From Candidatus Woesearchaeota archaeon (GTDB lineage: Archaea; Nanobdellota; Nanobdellia; Woesearchaeales; GW2011-AR4), in assembly GCA_018303655.1 (NCBI GenBank), contig JAGVXT010000022.1, positions 2,633 to 66,632 on the forward strand: a DNA stretch of 64,000 nucleotides, given 5' to 3'. Position 1 is the first letter of the stretch. The number at the start of each line of letters is the position of its first letter. The translations under genes and the position numbers were made by a program. Below, piece by piece: positions 9,676 through 18,811 of this stretch. The notes under the pieces are model-generated. The model had not been told where the DNA came from and ran no database searches. It saw only the letters and a program-made list of their open reading frames with translations.

Positions 9676-10059
9676 TCAAATCAATTTGTATTTTTTTGTA
9701 TGCTCCGAATACTTATTAGGTTCCCTGTGACCAGTTGTTAAATTAAGCATGACAGAGTCCTCAAGGAATCTCATTGCATGCGCAACCATTGGAGGAGTTA
9801 TAACCAAATTTCTCGGTTTAATAATTTGTGATTCTATCTTAGAACTTTTTACTTTAAGATTTTTTGATACACTTTCATATTTTCCACTTATGAGATACAC
9901 ATGCTGAATCTGGTTTGGATGGTAATGATTAGCCCTGATAGAACCTGCTTTTGAGGTTATAATTGCAACGTGAACTATAGACTCTTTAAGGATATTTATA
10001 ATTTCCCCCCTTTCATCAACAAATTCAGGTTTAATCTCTATTACTTTTTCATTTGTCAA
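9676..10059 (-). CDS. Cupin-fold sugar epimerase/ketoisomerase-like protein
   Basis: 127 aa with DERGEIINIL and RANHYHPNQIQHVYLISG, a cupin motif as in RmlC/FdtA-like enzymes. Lies directly downstream of the UXS-like gene. Confidence 0.5.
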   Translation of the reverse strand: MTNEKVIEIKPEFVDERGEIINILKESIVHVAIITSKAGSIRANHYHPNQIQHVYLISGKYESVSKNLKVKSSKIESQIIKPRNLVITPPMVAHAMRFLEDSVMLNLTTGHREPNKYSEHTKKYKLI

Positions 10060-10157
10060 AATTTATCCTCCAGCATCTTTTTTAAATTTCTTTAATCAAA
10101 CGTGGAAAATAGATTAATTTTTAAAACTTTCTGTTTAATAAAGACTGCCAAGAGTTC

Positions 10158-10189
10158 GTCAGGTCTGGAGAGTAAGCGTAAGACCTGAC
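10158..10189. other. Perfect 9-bp inverted repeat (GTCAGGTCT / AGACCTGAC, 14-nt loop) in a 278-bp intergenic region
   Basis: Read directly from the sequence. A second 7-bp inverted repeat, ATGCAGG(10272-10278)/CCTGCAT(10309-10315), is followed by a T-run. Confidence 0.4.
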
Positions 10190-10337
10190 TGGTGAAGCAT
10201 TTTGAAGTGATTCTTATGACAAGACGATTAGATACAAGAAATAGCTGGATTACTCTGCAAACTTTGCCTAAATGCAGGTACAAGTGCTTCAGAAGGCAGA
10301 GATAGGCTCCTGCATTTTTCATTTTTATTAGTTACTT

Positions 10338-12050
10338 TTAATTTTTCTTAAATTTGTATATTTCAAAGACTTCTAATGGCAACTTCGAGAATGAATATGG
10401 AAGAAGACCATTAACATACACATAAAAACCTGCATGAGACTGCGGGTTATTTGTTCTGAATGGAAAATATGTATTGTACTCTATTTTATCTAATAAAATG
10501 AGATTATCTTTCAAGTGATCTAAGTTTCTAGGTACAGGAATTTTAGGTACAATGATTATGTCACCGTTTTTCAATTCCTGAGTATATGGATCATAGAAAA
10601 TATACCCTTTTTTCTCCATATAATATTTGAATCCTTCATGCCCTGTAAAAAATATCCTAGATTCAGCGTATTGGTATGGCATCTTCTGAGCAAAGTCCCT
10701 GTATACTTCAGCATATTGGTAGTCTGCAATGCTTACTGTTAGACTTACTAAAACATTCAATGCTACAGCAGCAATGAGCATAAAAGATATGCTGCGCGTT
10801 TTTATCTTATATATCTTAGCATGTTCTTCAATAATCATTAAAAATAATAAAATCGAAGGCGGCAGAATTATAATCAAGTATCTTGCATTTCCTCCGGCAA
10901 TGAATGTGTGAAAAATCAATCCCAAGAAAAACCAGCACCCAAGAAATATTTTATCTACTGAATTTTTTTCATACTTTCTTTTTTTTATCAGGTCGTAAAT
11001 CGATAGTGAAATGAACTGAATCATCTTTACAATAAAAAAAGATGAAGAAGTCATGAATAGGACAAGAAGGCTGAGCTGGAAGATACTATACTGGCCAGAT
11101 ATAAATTCTGCGGACTTAAAAAACAAAAAAATTGCAAATAAAGAATTAATTAGAATTAATGAGAGTAATAATACTTTATCCTTTCTTTGCTTGATGAAAG
11201 GATGTACTAAAAAAATAAAAAGTACAGTAGCTCCGCCAATGTAACTAAGATTTGCAATGGCATAAGGTATTATAAGATTAAAAATAATTGCGAGTATGCT
11301 CGAAGAAAAGATATCTGTAGTATGCCAATTAAAAAAGAAGTTGATACTATGAACCTTCCCATATTGGTGCCATTCAAACACAGACCATGCTAGTATTAGT
11401 AACAATGGAATAAATAAAAATAAGCTATATTTTGCTTTTTTTTTCATAAGAGCATAGACAATCAATAACGGAAATAAAATGATGGCATTATATTTGGTCA
11501 AAAAGGCTAGACTAATGAGCAATCCTGACAAAATCAAAAGGGATTTCTTGTCATTGTCAACACCTTTAACAAAGGTAAGAATTGAAAGAAGAAAAAATGC
11601 AAGCACCGGAAGATCATGCATAAAATTATGAGAGGTTACTGCGAATATTGGAGTTGTTATTAGCAAAAATACAGCAGCTATATACCAAATTGTGAATTTT
11701 TTGGATAGGTAAAACATACTTACTGCTGCAGTAATAGTAAATGCCATGAAAAATGAATGTATTATAAACTCATTTTTGCCGAAAAAATACTGTATCAGAG
11801 CATAGTAATAGGAAACAAGAGGCGGATTTGTATAATCAAAGGCACTGCCTAGTTTTCTATTTTGTATGTACATATCAAAGCCGTAAGGATCTAATGGCTC
11901 TTGCACCAGTTGATTGGCAATAGATGCAATATAGATATCATCAATGGCAAGAGCCCGATTTAAAAAAGGAAACGTTATAATAATTAAAACCAGAATTATA
12001 AACCCTATCATAGCAAATTCAGGTTTTTTCTTTGAAATCTTTATTGTCAT
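10338..12050 (-). CDS. GT-C fold membrane glycosyltransferase (GT39/GT83, ArnT/PMT-like)
   Basis: Polytopic membrane protein with an acidic first-loop motif (ALAIDDIYIAS) and an ArnT-like N-terminal third. ATG at 12050 is preferred to GTG at 12065. Confidence 0.65.
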   Translation of the reverse strand: MTIKISKKKPEFAMIGFIILVLIIITFPFLNRALAIDDIYIASIANQLVQEPLDPYGFDMYIQNRKLGSAFDYTNPPLVSYYYALIQYFFGKNEFIIHSFFMAFTITAAVSMFYLSKKFTIWYIAAVFLLITTPIFAVTSHNFMHDLPVLAFFLLSILTFVKGVDNDKKSLLILSGLLISLAFLTKYNAIILFPLLIVYALMKKKAKYSLFLFIPLLLILAWSVFEWHQYGKVHSINFFFNWHTTDIFSSSILAIIFNLIIPYAIANLSYIGGATVLFIFLVHPFIKQRKDKVLLLSLILINSLFAIFLFFKSAEFISGQYSIFQLSLLVLFMTSSSFFIVKMIQFISLSIYDLIKKRKYEKNSVDKIFLGCWFFLGLIFHTFIAGGNARYLIIILPPSILLFLMIIEEHAKIYKIKTRSISFMLIAAVALNVLVSLTVSIADYQYAEVYRDFAQKMPYQYAESRIFFTGHEGFKYYMEKKGYIFYDPYTQELKNGDIIIVPKIPVPRNLDHLKDNLILLDKIEYNTYFPFRTNNPQSHAGFYVYVNGLLPYSFSKLPLEVFEIYKFKKN

Positions 12051-12195
12051 AATGTCCCCGCCCACAATAAAATCTTATCATGGGTAACTCGGGAATTTAT
12101 AAAACTATCTTTGTGCTATTTATTCCTCTTAGACAAAATTTAAATAGTTGCCACTTTTTTAGCCTGTTAGTGCAGTTATGAAAATACATTGAAAA

Positions 12196-13149
12196 ATGAA
12201 AGTTTCAATCATTATTGTAAATTATAATGGAAAAGATCTGCTTGAAAAAGTTATAGCTTCAATACATAATTCAAAATTTAGAGATTATGAGGTAATAGTC
12301 CTGGACAATGCTTCCACTGATGGAAGCCAAGATTTCATTAAAAAAAATTACAAAAATGTTAATTTAGTGACCAATAAAACAAATTTAGGCTATTCTGGAA
12401 TAAACTCTGCTTTAAAATACTGCAAAGGGGAATATATCCTATTTTTAAATAATGATATGGAGATTGAAAAAGATTGCATAAGGAATCTTATTAAGGTTAT
12501 TGATTCAGACAAGGGTATTGCAATGGTTGCCCCGAAACTAGTAAATTTTTTTGAAAGAGAATGCAAATCTGGAGGAACATGGGTTTCCAGAGCCTTTTAT
12601 AATGGCCATATAAAAGATGATGGAAAGAATATAACTAAGGAAATACCTTATCTTGGCGTTGGCTTAATCAAAAAAGATTTTGTTGGTTTGTTTGGCTATT
12701 TATTTGATGATGATTATTTTATATACGCTGAAGATCTTGACTTAGGACTTAGGATAAGGCTTACTGGAAAAAAAGTCATGTTTGAGCCAGATGCCATTGC
12801 ATACCATATGCACTCCGTTACAACCTGGAAAACAGGCAAACATTTTAGCACATTTTTGATGGAGAGAAACCTGCTTACGACTTTTTTCAAGATATTTTCT
12901 GTAAAAAATATTGTTCTGTATCTGCCTTATGTGTTGTTTGGAAGGCTTGCTGCAATTATCAAAGACACTTTAAATTTTCAGTTTACAACTGCATTTTCTA
13001 GGATAAAAGCATTATTTTGGATTTTGTTTAATTTCAGTTCCATATCAAAAAAAAGGATGGAAACCCAGAAATTCAGAAAAGTAAACGATTCCTATATTTT
13101 TCAAGTTTTTAATGAGAAATACCTCTTCATGCCAAAATTCATTGTTTAG
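12196..13149 (+). CDS. Family 2 glycosyltransferase
   Basis: VSIIIVNYNGKDLL, VLDNASTDGS and YAEDLDLGLR give the GT2 rhamnosyltransferase-like pattern. Confidence 0.8.
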   Translation: MKVSIIIVNYNGKDLLEKVIASIHNSKFRDYEVIVLDNASTDGSQDFIKKNYKNVNLVTNKTNLGYSGINSALKYCKGEYILFLNNDMEIEKDCIRNLIKVIDSDKGIAMVAPKLVNFFERECKSGGTWVSRAFYNGHIKDDGKNITKEIPYLGVGLIKKDFVGLFGYLFDDDYFIYAEDLDLGLRIRLTGKKVMFEPDAIAYHMHSVTTWKTGKHFSTFLMERNLLTTFFKIFSVKNIVLYLPYVLFGRLAAIIKDTLNFQFTTAFSRIKALFWILFNFSSISKKRMETQKFRKVNDSYIFQVFNEKYLFMPKFIV

Positions 13150-14629
13150 TGCTGTAGATTATTGTTCCAGTTTTTTTATTGCTGTAAATAACGTTGTAAT
13201 TTTTAGCCTGCACATCCTTTAATAACTGCTCCTCAAAAATCGATCTTTTATCAAGCGCGAAGTTTTGATTTACCCAAATAAAACCCGCTTTTCCCAGGCT
13301 TTCATCATTTGCATATAATGCTGTCCTTTCTATATTGTAAGGGATGCACTGCCCATTTGCAACAAAGATAGCATCTGATTTTGTATTTGTTTTAACCCAA
13401 TCAAAGTCCCTGCTGTAAAATTCCCATGCATCTGCCGCAAGCCCCATCTTTGCAAACTCTGTGAATACAAAACCAATAACGACAAGAATAAAAACAACAT
13501 TCACCAGTTTACTGAAATTCTTGCTCTGCAGCTTCTCGAAGCCAAAAGCCCACAGGATAGCTATGGCGGGAAATGCAGGTAGCATCATTCTTGAGACAGC
13601 CCAACCTACATTAACTACATAGAGAAAAAACAAAATCAGGTAAGACAAAACCCATACAATGAGATAGCCTGTTTCTTTTTTTGTTTTAAACCCAATGAAC
13701 AGGGGCATCACAAAAATCAGTGTACCTATCAACCATATTGGTAGCAGAAGATTAAAATAATGTATGTCAAAAAAAGATAGCAGGCTGTAGTTGCCATCAG
13801 GAATGCCAAAAAATCCGAAATAGGCAAATAAAACCAAATTGTAATGAACCATCCTTGAAAAGTCCAGCGAAGAATAGGATTTTGCCTCAATGCCACTAAA
13901 GATCAAATTAAGAAATGGCCATATTGGATTGCCCAGCAGGATAAAGTTCCTTATGAGCCATGGCGACGCAATCAGCAGGGAAATTGCAACAACAGCAAAT
14001 GCATTTTTGTAAAATAATTTTTTATTGCCGTATTTTTTGTGCAGGATGTAAACCAGCACAGGCAATATGAATACACCATTATATTTTGCAAGGACGGAAA
14101 GGCCCGCAGCTATCCCTGATAAAACTGGCTTGTCATTAATCAGATAATAAACGCTCAATATCACAAAAAATGAAAGAGTGCTTTCTGTATAACTGATAAC
14201 GCTGTAGTCTATGAATATGGGGATGAATGCCAGGAATAAAACCGAATAAAATGCTATTTTGGAATTGACAAGCTTCCTTATGACCAAAAAGGAGAATATG
14301 ATGGACAAAATTCCGAATGCCGGAGAGACAAATTTAACTGCAGAATTTGCAATATTGTTGTTGAAAGCGTTGAAAACATAGTAAACAACTGCGACAAATA
14401 TATGATACAAGGGCGGGCTCCAGAAAGGCTCATCCCTTCCAAGCGGCTCGAATAACGGAAACCTAATATTGCTTGCAATGAATTTTCCCACAGGAATATG
14501 CCAGCAGCCGTCCCCTGAAACATGGTATATTGACGCCAATGACAAAATAATCATCGAGAAAATAAATATGGTATAGATCGAGTATTTTGTGTATTTCTCC
14601 AACTTGTTGAATTTTTTGATGAGGTTCAT
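13139..14629 (-). CDS. GT-C fold membrane glycosyltransferase (ArnT/PMT_2-like)
   Basis: 496 aa with more than 10 TM segments, an early loop with GDGCWH, and LAKYNG. Same layout as 10338-12050. Confidence 0.6.
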   Translation of the reverse strand: MNLIKKFNKLEKYTKYSIYTIFIFSMIILSLASIYHVSGDGCWHIPVGKFIASNIRFPLFEPLGRDEPFWSPPLYHIFVAVVYYVFNAFNNNIANSAVKFVSPAFGILSIIFSFLVIRKLVNSKIAFYSVLFLAFIPIFIDYSVISYTESTLSFFVILSVYYLINDKPVLSGIAAGLSVLAKYNGVFILPVLVYILHKKYGNKKLFYKNAFAVVAISLLIASPWLIRNFILLGNPIWPFLNLIFSGIEAKSYSSLDFSRMVHYNLVLFAYFGFFGIPDGNYSLLSFFDIHYFNLLLPIWLIGTLIFVMPLFIGFKTKKETGYLIVWVLSYLILFFLYVVNVGWAVSRMMLPAFPAIAILWAFGFEKLQSKNFSKLVNVVFILVVIGFVFTEFAKMGLAADAWEFYSRDFDWVKTNTKSDAIFVANGQCIPYNIERTALYANDESLGKAGFIWVNQNFALDKRSIFEEQLLKDVQAKNYNVIYSNKKTGTIIYSTKQ

Positions 14630-15636
14630 TTTAATAGTCTTATAACGACATTTGCAAATCCTTTAATATCATCCTTTTTTACCAATATCCCCTTTTTCAC
14701 AACTTCCGGATGCGAGCCTATGTCAAAAGCAACAACTTTTTTGCCGCAAGCCTGGGCTTCTGCAGCCGGCAGGTTAAACCCTTCCCACAAGGACGCAGTA
14801 ACATACAAGTCGCTGGCAGCATAATAATAAGGAAGCTCTTTGTCATCAACAAATCCCCTGAAAATGACTTTCTTGTTTGCCATTTTTTTTAATTTTTTAA
14901 TATAACCTGGAAATGTTTGCCTTCCTATAATCAGTAATTTCACATTTTGGGATTTTTCATTTACTAAGTCAAAAATCTTCAATAAAGTATGCACATTCTT
15001 ATGGGGCGATAATCTTCCGACGAATAATAATAATTTTTCATTCTCCTTAATATTCAATTTTTTTCTTATTTTATCCCCATTAATCCATTTTCTGAACCTT
15101 TTCCTGTCAATTTTATTGTAAACAACTTTGCTGTCCAAGCCAGTCTCTTTTTTTAATTCCTTTTGCATGAATTTGCTGATGGAAACTGCTGAATCCACAT
15201 TTTTTAATGATAATTTATTGAAAAAAGCGAACAACCTCATATACATTTTTTCAAAAATATTGGAGAATAATTCACTATACCCTATTCCGTGGTTATAATA
15301 GACATATTCCACATTATGCCTCTTCTTTGCATAATGCGCAATCCAGTTCATCGGATAAAAATGGCTTATTACAATGTCATAATTTTTTAATTTTTCAGCT
15401 GCATTCCTTATTTTGCTGAAGTCAAGAAAAAATAGCAATCTGTATAGCCTCTGCATAAACAATCCTTTTGGCATGCTCAGGATTTCCAAACTGAAATCTT
15501 TCGGCTTAATTTCCGCTTCAAGCGCAAAAACAGTAACTTTATTGCCTTTTTTTGCATATTCTGCTGCCTGGGATTCAACAACCCTGTCTATTCCGCTGAA
15601 ATGCGAGAATGTGGGTGTTAAAATTGCAATTTTCAT
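14626..15636 (-). CDS. Family 4 (GT-B) glycosyltransferase
   Basis: C-terminal EGFNLPAAEAQACGKKVVAFDIGSHPEVV (E-x7-E region). Overlaps both neighbours by 1-4 nt, consistent with an operon. Confidence 0.8.
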   Translation of the reverse strand: MKIAILTPTFSHFSGIDRVVESQAAEYAKKGNKVTVFALEAEIKPKDFSLEILSMPKGLFMQRLYRLLFFLDFSKIRNAAEKLKNYDIVISHFYPMNWIAHYAKKRHNVEYVYYNHGIGYSELFSNIFEKMYMRLFAFFNKLSLKNVDSAVSISKFMQKELKKETGLDSKVVYNKIDRKRFRKWINGDKIRKKLNIKENEKLLLFVGRLSPHKNVHTLLKIFDLVNEKSQNVKLLIIGRQTFPGYIKKLKKMANKKVIFRGFVDDKELPYYYAASDLYVTASLWEGFNLPAAEAQACGKKVVAFDIGSHPEVVKKGILVKKDDIKGFANVVIRLLK

Positions 15637-16352
15637 TAAATTCCACCAATCAATTTTAAAAATTTCAGTCTCAAAACCATGAAATAGCCTGCTGCCAGCT
15701 GCGGAATGCCGAGCTTTGAACGCCCTTTTGTCCTGTCCACAAATGTTATGGGGATTTCCTTTATTTTAAAGCCCTTAAGATGGGCCTTGAACAAAACTTC
15801 CTGCACGATTGCAGGCCCTTTTGACTCAAGCTTTTCCAGGTTTATTTTTTCCAGCACTTCCCTCCTGAAGCACCTGAAGCCGGAGTTGCAGTCCCTTACC
15901 TTTAATCCAAGCATCAGCCTTATGTAAAGGTTTGCGCCAAATGTCACAAATTTTCTTAACCAGATTCTTCCGATTTCTTTGCTGCCCTCAACCCTTCTTG
16001 AGCCAAGCACCAAGTCAGCAGTTTTAAGCTCCTTAAGCATCAAAGGTATGTATTTTGGGTCGTGGGAAAAGTCAGCATCCATTTCAACAACAACATCAGC
16101 ATCGTGATTTAAGCAATAGATAAACCCGTCCCTTCCTGCAGAGCCCCTTCCCCTGTCTTTTTTCCTCAATAAAAGGCGGACATTCTTGTTTTTTTTGGAA
16201 ATATCCCGCACAATTCTCCATGTCCCATCAGGGCTGTTGTCGTCTGCAACAACAATGCGCAGGTTTTTGATCCTTAACTTTAGTATTTTATCTATAAGAT
16301 TACCGATGTTTTCTCTTTCATTGTAGGTTGGGATCATGACGAAGGGTTTCAT
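15636..16352 (-). CDS. Polyprenol/dolichol-phosphate hexose (mannose) synthase-like GT2
   Basis: VMIPTYNERENI, VVADDNSPDGT and EMDADFSHDP give the DPM1/Ppm1-like signature. Confidence 0.8.
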   Translation of the reverse strand: MKPFVMIPTYNERENIGNLIDKILKLRIKNLRIVVADDNSPDGTWRIVRDISKKNKNVRLLLRKKDRGRGSAGRDGFIYCLNHDADVVVEMDADFSHDPKYIPLMLKELKTADLVLGSRRVEGSKEIGRIWLRKFVTFGANLYIRLMLGLKVRDCNSGFRCFRREVLEKINLEKLESKGPAIVQEVLFKAHLKGFKIKEIPITFVDRTKGRSKLGIPQLAAGYFMVLRLKFLKLIGGI

Positions 16353-16413
16353 ACTTTACAATGTCATATAGGGGCATTTATAAATTTAGTTGTCTTCTAT
16401 ATCAAAGGTAAAG

Positions 16414-16425
16414 ATTTAAATAAAT
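16414..16425 (+). promoter_or_regulatory. Candidate archaeal TATA box for the large surface-protein gene
   Basis: ATTTAAATAAAT lies 23-34 nt upstream of the GTG start at 16448, after a purine-rich stretch. This would imply a (near-)leaderless transcript. Confidence 0.3.
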
Positions 16426-16447
16426 ACGGGGCTTTGTATACTATAAA

Positions 16448-18811
16448 GTGGTAATAAGAAAGACTTTACTTATATGTCTGTTTTTGTTAGTTTTACCTAT
16501 AGTTAATAGTCAAGTACCAGAAATTGAATTTAACAAAACAATAGACGCAGGTAATACGGGAGGTATAGTCAGGCAGACTTCTGACAATGGGTATATTATC
16601 ATTGCTTCAAAAAATATTGGTAATGATAAGGATATACTTCTTATTAAAACAGATTTTAACGGAAATCCCCAATGGAACAAAACTTTTGGTGGTTCTGATT
16701 CGGATATTGCTTATTCAATTCAACAAACCTCAGATAGTGGTTACATTATGGCTGGACATAGATTTTCAGAAGGTGTAGGTGGTTTTAGACTTATTAAAAC
16801 AGACTCTGCTGGAAATCTTGAATGGGATAAATCCTATGGTTACTTAGGTAATGATTTTGCATTTTCAGTTTATCAAACATCCGATGGAGGTTACATTTCA
16901 ACAGGCTTAACACACTCATTAGATTCTGATGGAGATTTTTGGTTGATAAAAACTGGCAATAATGGAAATGAACTTTGGAACAAAACTTTTGGTGGTTCTG
17001 ATTCAGATTCAGCTAATTCAGCACAACAAACATCCGATGGAGGTTCCATTTTAGCTGGTTCTACATACTCATTTGGAGGAGGCTTAAGAGACGCTTGGAT
17101 TATAAAAACTGACAATAATGGAAATGAACTTTGGAATAAAACATTTCATGATTCTGGATTTGAATCTGCTGTATCAGCACAACAAACATCCGATGGAGGA
17201 TACATCTTTGTTGGTGACAAATATTCATCTGGAAATGATGGAATTTGGCTTGTGAAAATAGATACCAATGGAAATCAACAATGGAATAGAACATTTGGCA
17301 ATTCTCAGGATGACATTCCTTCTTCAGTACAGCAAACATCTGATGACGGATACCTAATTGGTGGGACTACTTCATTAGGTGCACCAAATTATAACGATTT
17401 CTGGCTTATTAAAACAGATTCTAATGGCAATGAAGAATGGAATAAAAAATTTGACAGTTCTGGTTCGGACATAGCAACTTCAGCACAACAAACATCCGAT
17501 GATGGTTATTTTATTGGAGGTGGTAGTATGTCTGTAACAACAGGTAAGCTCAATATTTGGCTTATAAAACTAAAACCTGAGAATTCTACTGGAAGTGGCA
17601 GTGGTGGCGTGAATGATACAGCACCATCAAATATAACAATTGCCAACCCATTAAATGGTTCAACAATAACAACAACTTCAACATGGTTGAATGTAACAAC
17701 TGATGAAGTAGCATCTTGCACATACAGTCAACATAAATGTCCAACAAGTAAGCCAATGCTTGCTTGTGAAATAGATCCTGTAACAAACATTTCCACAAAC
17801 AATGAAACTTTTCATTTTAAGGAAATAAGCTTACAAAGCGGTTATACTTACACTATCGATGTGAATTGTGCCGATAATTTTAGTAATGTTAATACAAAAT
17901 CAGTAACATTTTATGTTGCTTTTCCTCAGCCTGGTGGAGGTGGAGGGGGCGGAGGTGGACCAACTAATGTGTCAAATATCACAGTATCTAAAGGTTTTAT
18001 AAATCTAATTTTTCCTGAAAATAATTCTGTTGTTTCTGATAATTCAGTTTGGTTGTCTATTTTCACAAATAAGTATGGAAATTGTAATTATAGCTTAGAT
18101 TCAAGCGTTTTTACAGGTCTTCAAGAAGCAGAAGAAACCACAATCACATTACCACCGGGAATTGTAGTCGAAGGAGACGCTTGGCAGGTGCAGACATCAA
18201 ATCATTTGGAATTAAGCGAGGATGATTCATCAAGCGACACTATAGAAACATTAAGAAATATTACAACATATATCGGCAAAAACGAATTAAAGGCATTAGC
18301 ATCTGGAAGTGTAACAAATAGTAAGACGACATCACCTTACAATCAATATATATACTTGCTAGGTCCTGGAACAAACACCGCACTAGACGCAGGTTATGTA
18401 ATTTACACAGAAGCTGACGATGACGTTACAGCAGATTTCCTTTACTTTAAGTCAGGAAAGGAAATTGCCAGATATTTGCTTGAATTTACAACAGCATTGG
18501 AAAGCGATGTTGACGATTCAAGTGGTTCAGCATCCACAACTGGTTTATTTTTAACAGATTATCAAGATGTTGATATAAATTTATTTGGTAAGAGATATAC
18601 AATAGTTTCTGCAAAACGAGCAACAACTAACGGCAATAGTGTAGTACTAACTTTACTGGGAGGAGCAGCTAAGGATACTCTTTTAGAAAAACAGACAAAA
18701 ACATATACTATAAATGGAGTAGATTATGAAGTAACATTAAACTTCGTTGATGCAGATGAAGCGCAATTTGTCATAAACGGGCCAAACAACAAGAAAAATG
18801 AAGGATGGTGA
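16448..18811 (+). CDS. Secreted surface (S-layer-like) protein, N-terminal portion of a gene interrupted by a frameshift
   Basis: Signal peptide MVIRKTLLICLFLLVLPIVNSQ, seven propeller-type repeats, a G8 linker and many N-x-S/T sequons. The homology module continues in the +1 frame (see 18798-22967). Confidence 0.7.
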   Translation: MVIRKTLLICLFLLVLPIVNSQVPEIEFNKTIDAGNTGGIVRQTSDNGYIIIASKNIGNDKDILLIKTDFNGNPQWNKTFGGSDSDIAYSIQQTSDSGYIMAGHRFSEGVGGFRLIKTDSAGNLEWDKSYGYLGNDFAFSVYQTSDGGYISTGLTHSLDSDGDFWLIKTGNNGNELWNKTFGGSDSDSANSAQQTSDGGSILAGSTYSFGGGLRDAWIIKTDNNGNELWNKTFHDSGFESAVSAQQTSDGGYIFVGDKYSSGNDGIWLVKIDTNGNQQWNRTFGNSQDDIPSSVQQTSDDGYLIGGTTSLGAPNYNDFWLIKTDSNGNEEWNKKFDSSGSDIATSAQQTSDDGYFIGGGSMSVTTGKLNIWLIKLKPENSTGSGSGGVNDTAPSNITIANPLNGSTITTTSTWLNVTTDEVASCTYSQHKCPTSKPMLACEIDPVTNISTNNETFHFKEISLQSGYTYTIDVNCADNFSNVNTKSVTFYVAFPQPGGGGGGGGGPTNVSNITVSKGFINLIFPENNSVVSDNSVWLSIFTNKYGNCNYSLDSSVFTGLQEAEETTITLPPGIVVEGDAWQVQTSNHLELSEDDSSSDTIETLRNITTYIGKNELKALASGSVTNSKTTSPYNQYIYLLGPGTNTALDAGYVIYTEADDDVTADFLYFKSGKEIARYLLEFTTALESDVDDSSGSASTTGLFLTDYQDVDINLFGKRYTIVSAKRATTNGNSVVLTLLGGAAKDTLLEKQTKTYTINGVDYEVTLNFVDADEAQFVINGPNNKKNEGW
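16559..17575 (+). repeat. Seven tandem repeats of about 50 aa (beta-propeller-blade type) in coding sequence
   Basis: The consensus S.QQTSDGGYI..G......D.WLIKTD.NGNE.WNKTFGG is repeated seven times, the last copy truncated. Confidence 0.65.

Noticed and set aside
10092-10322. 76-aa ORF in the intergenic spacer
   Set aside because: No start context, no recognisable motif, and a Leu/Arg/Cys-rich composition typical of random frames. The region is treated as non-coding with hairpins.
17935-17961. GGN-rich simple repeat (also at 22497-22560), considered as a microsatellite or repeat array
   Set aside because: Both are in frame inside the surface-protein gene and simply encode poly-Gly / Gly-Ser linkers. 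There is no spacer-repeat architecture.
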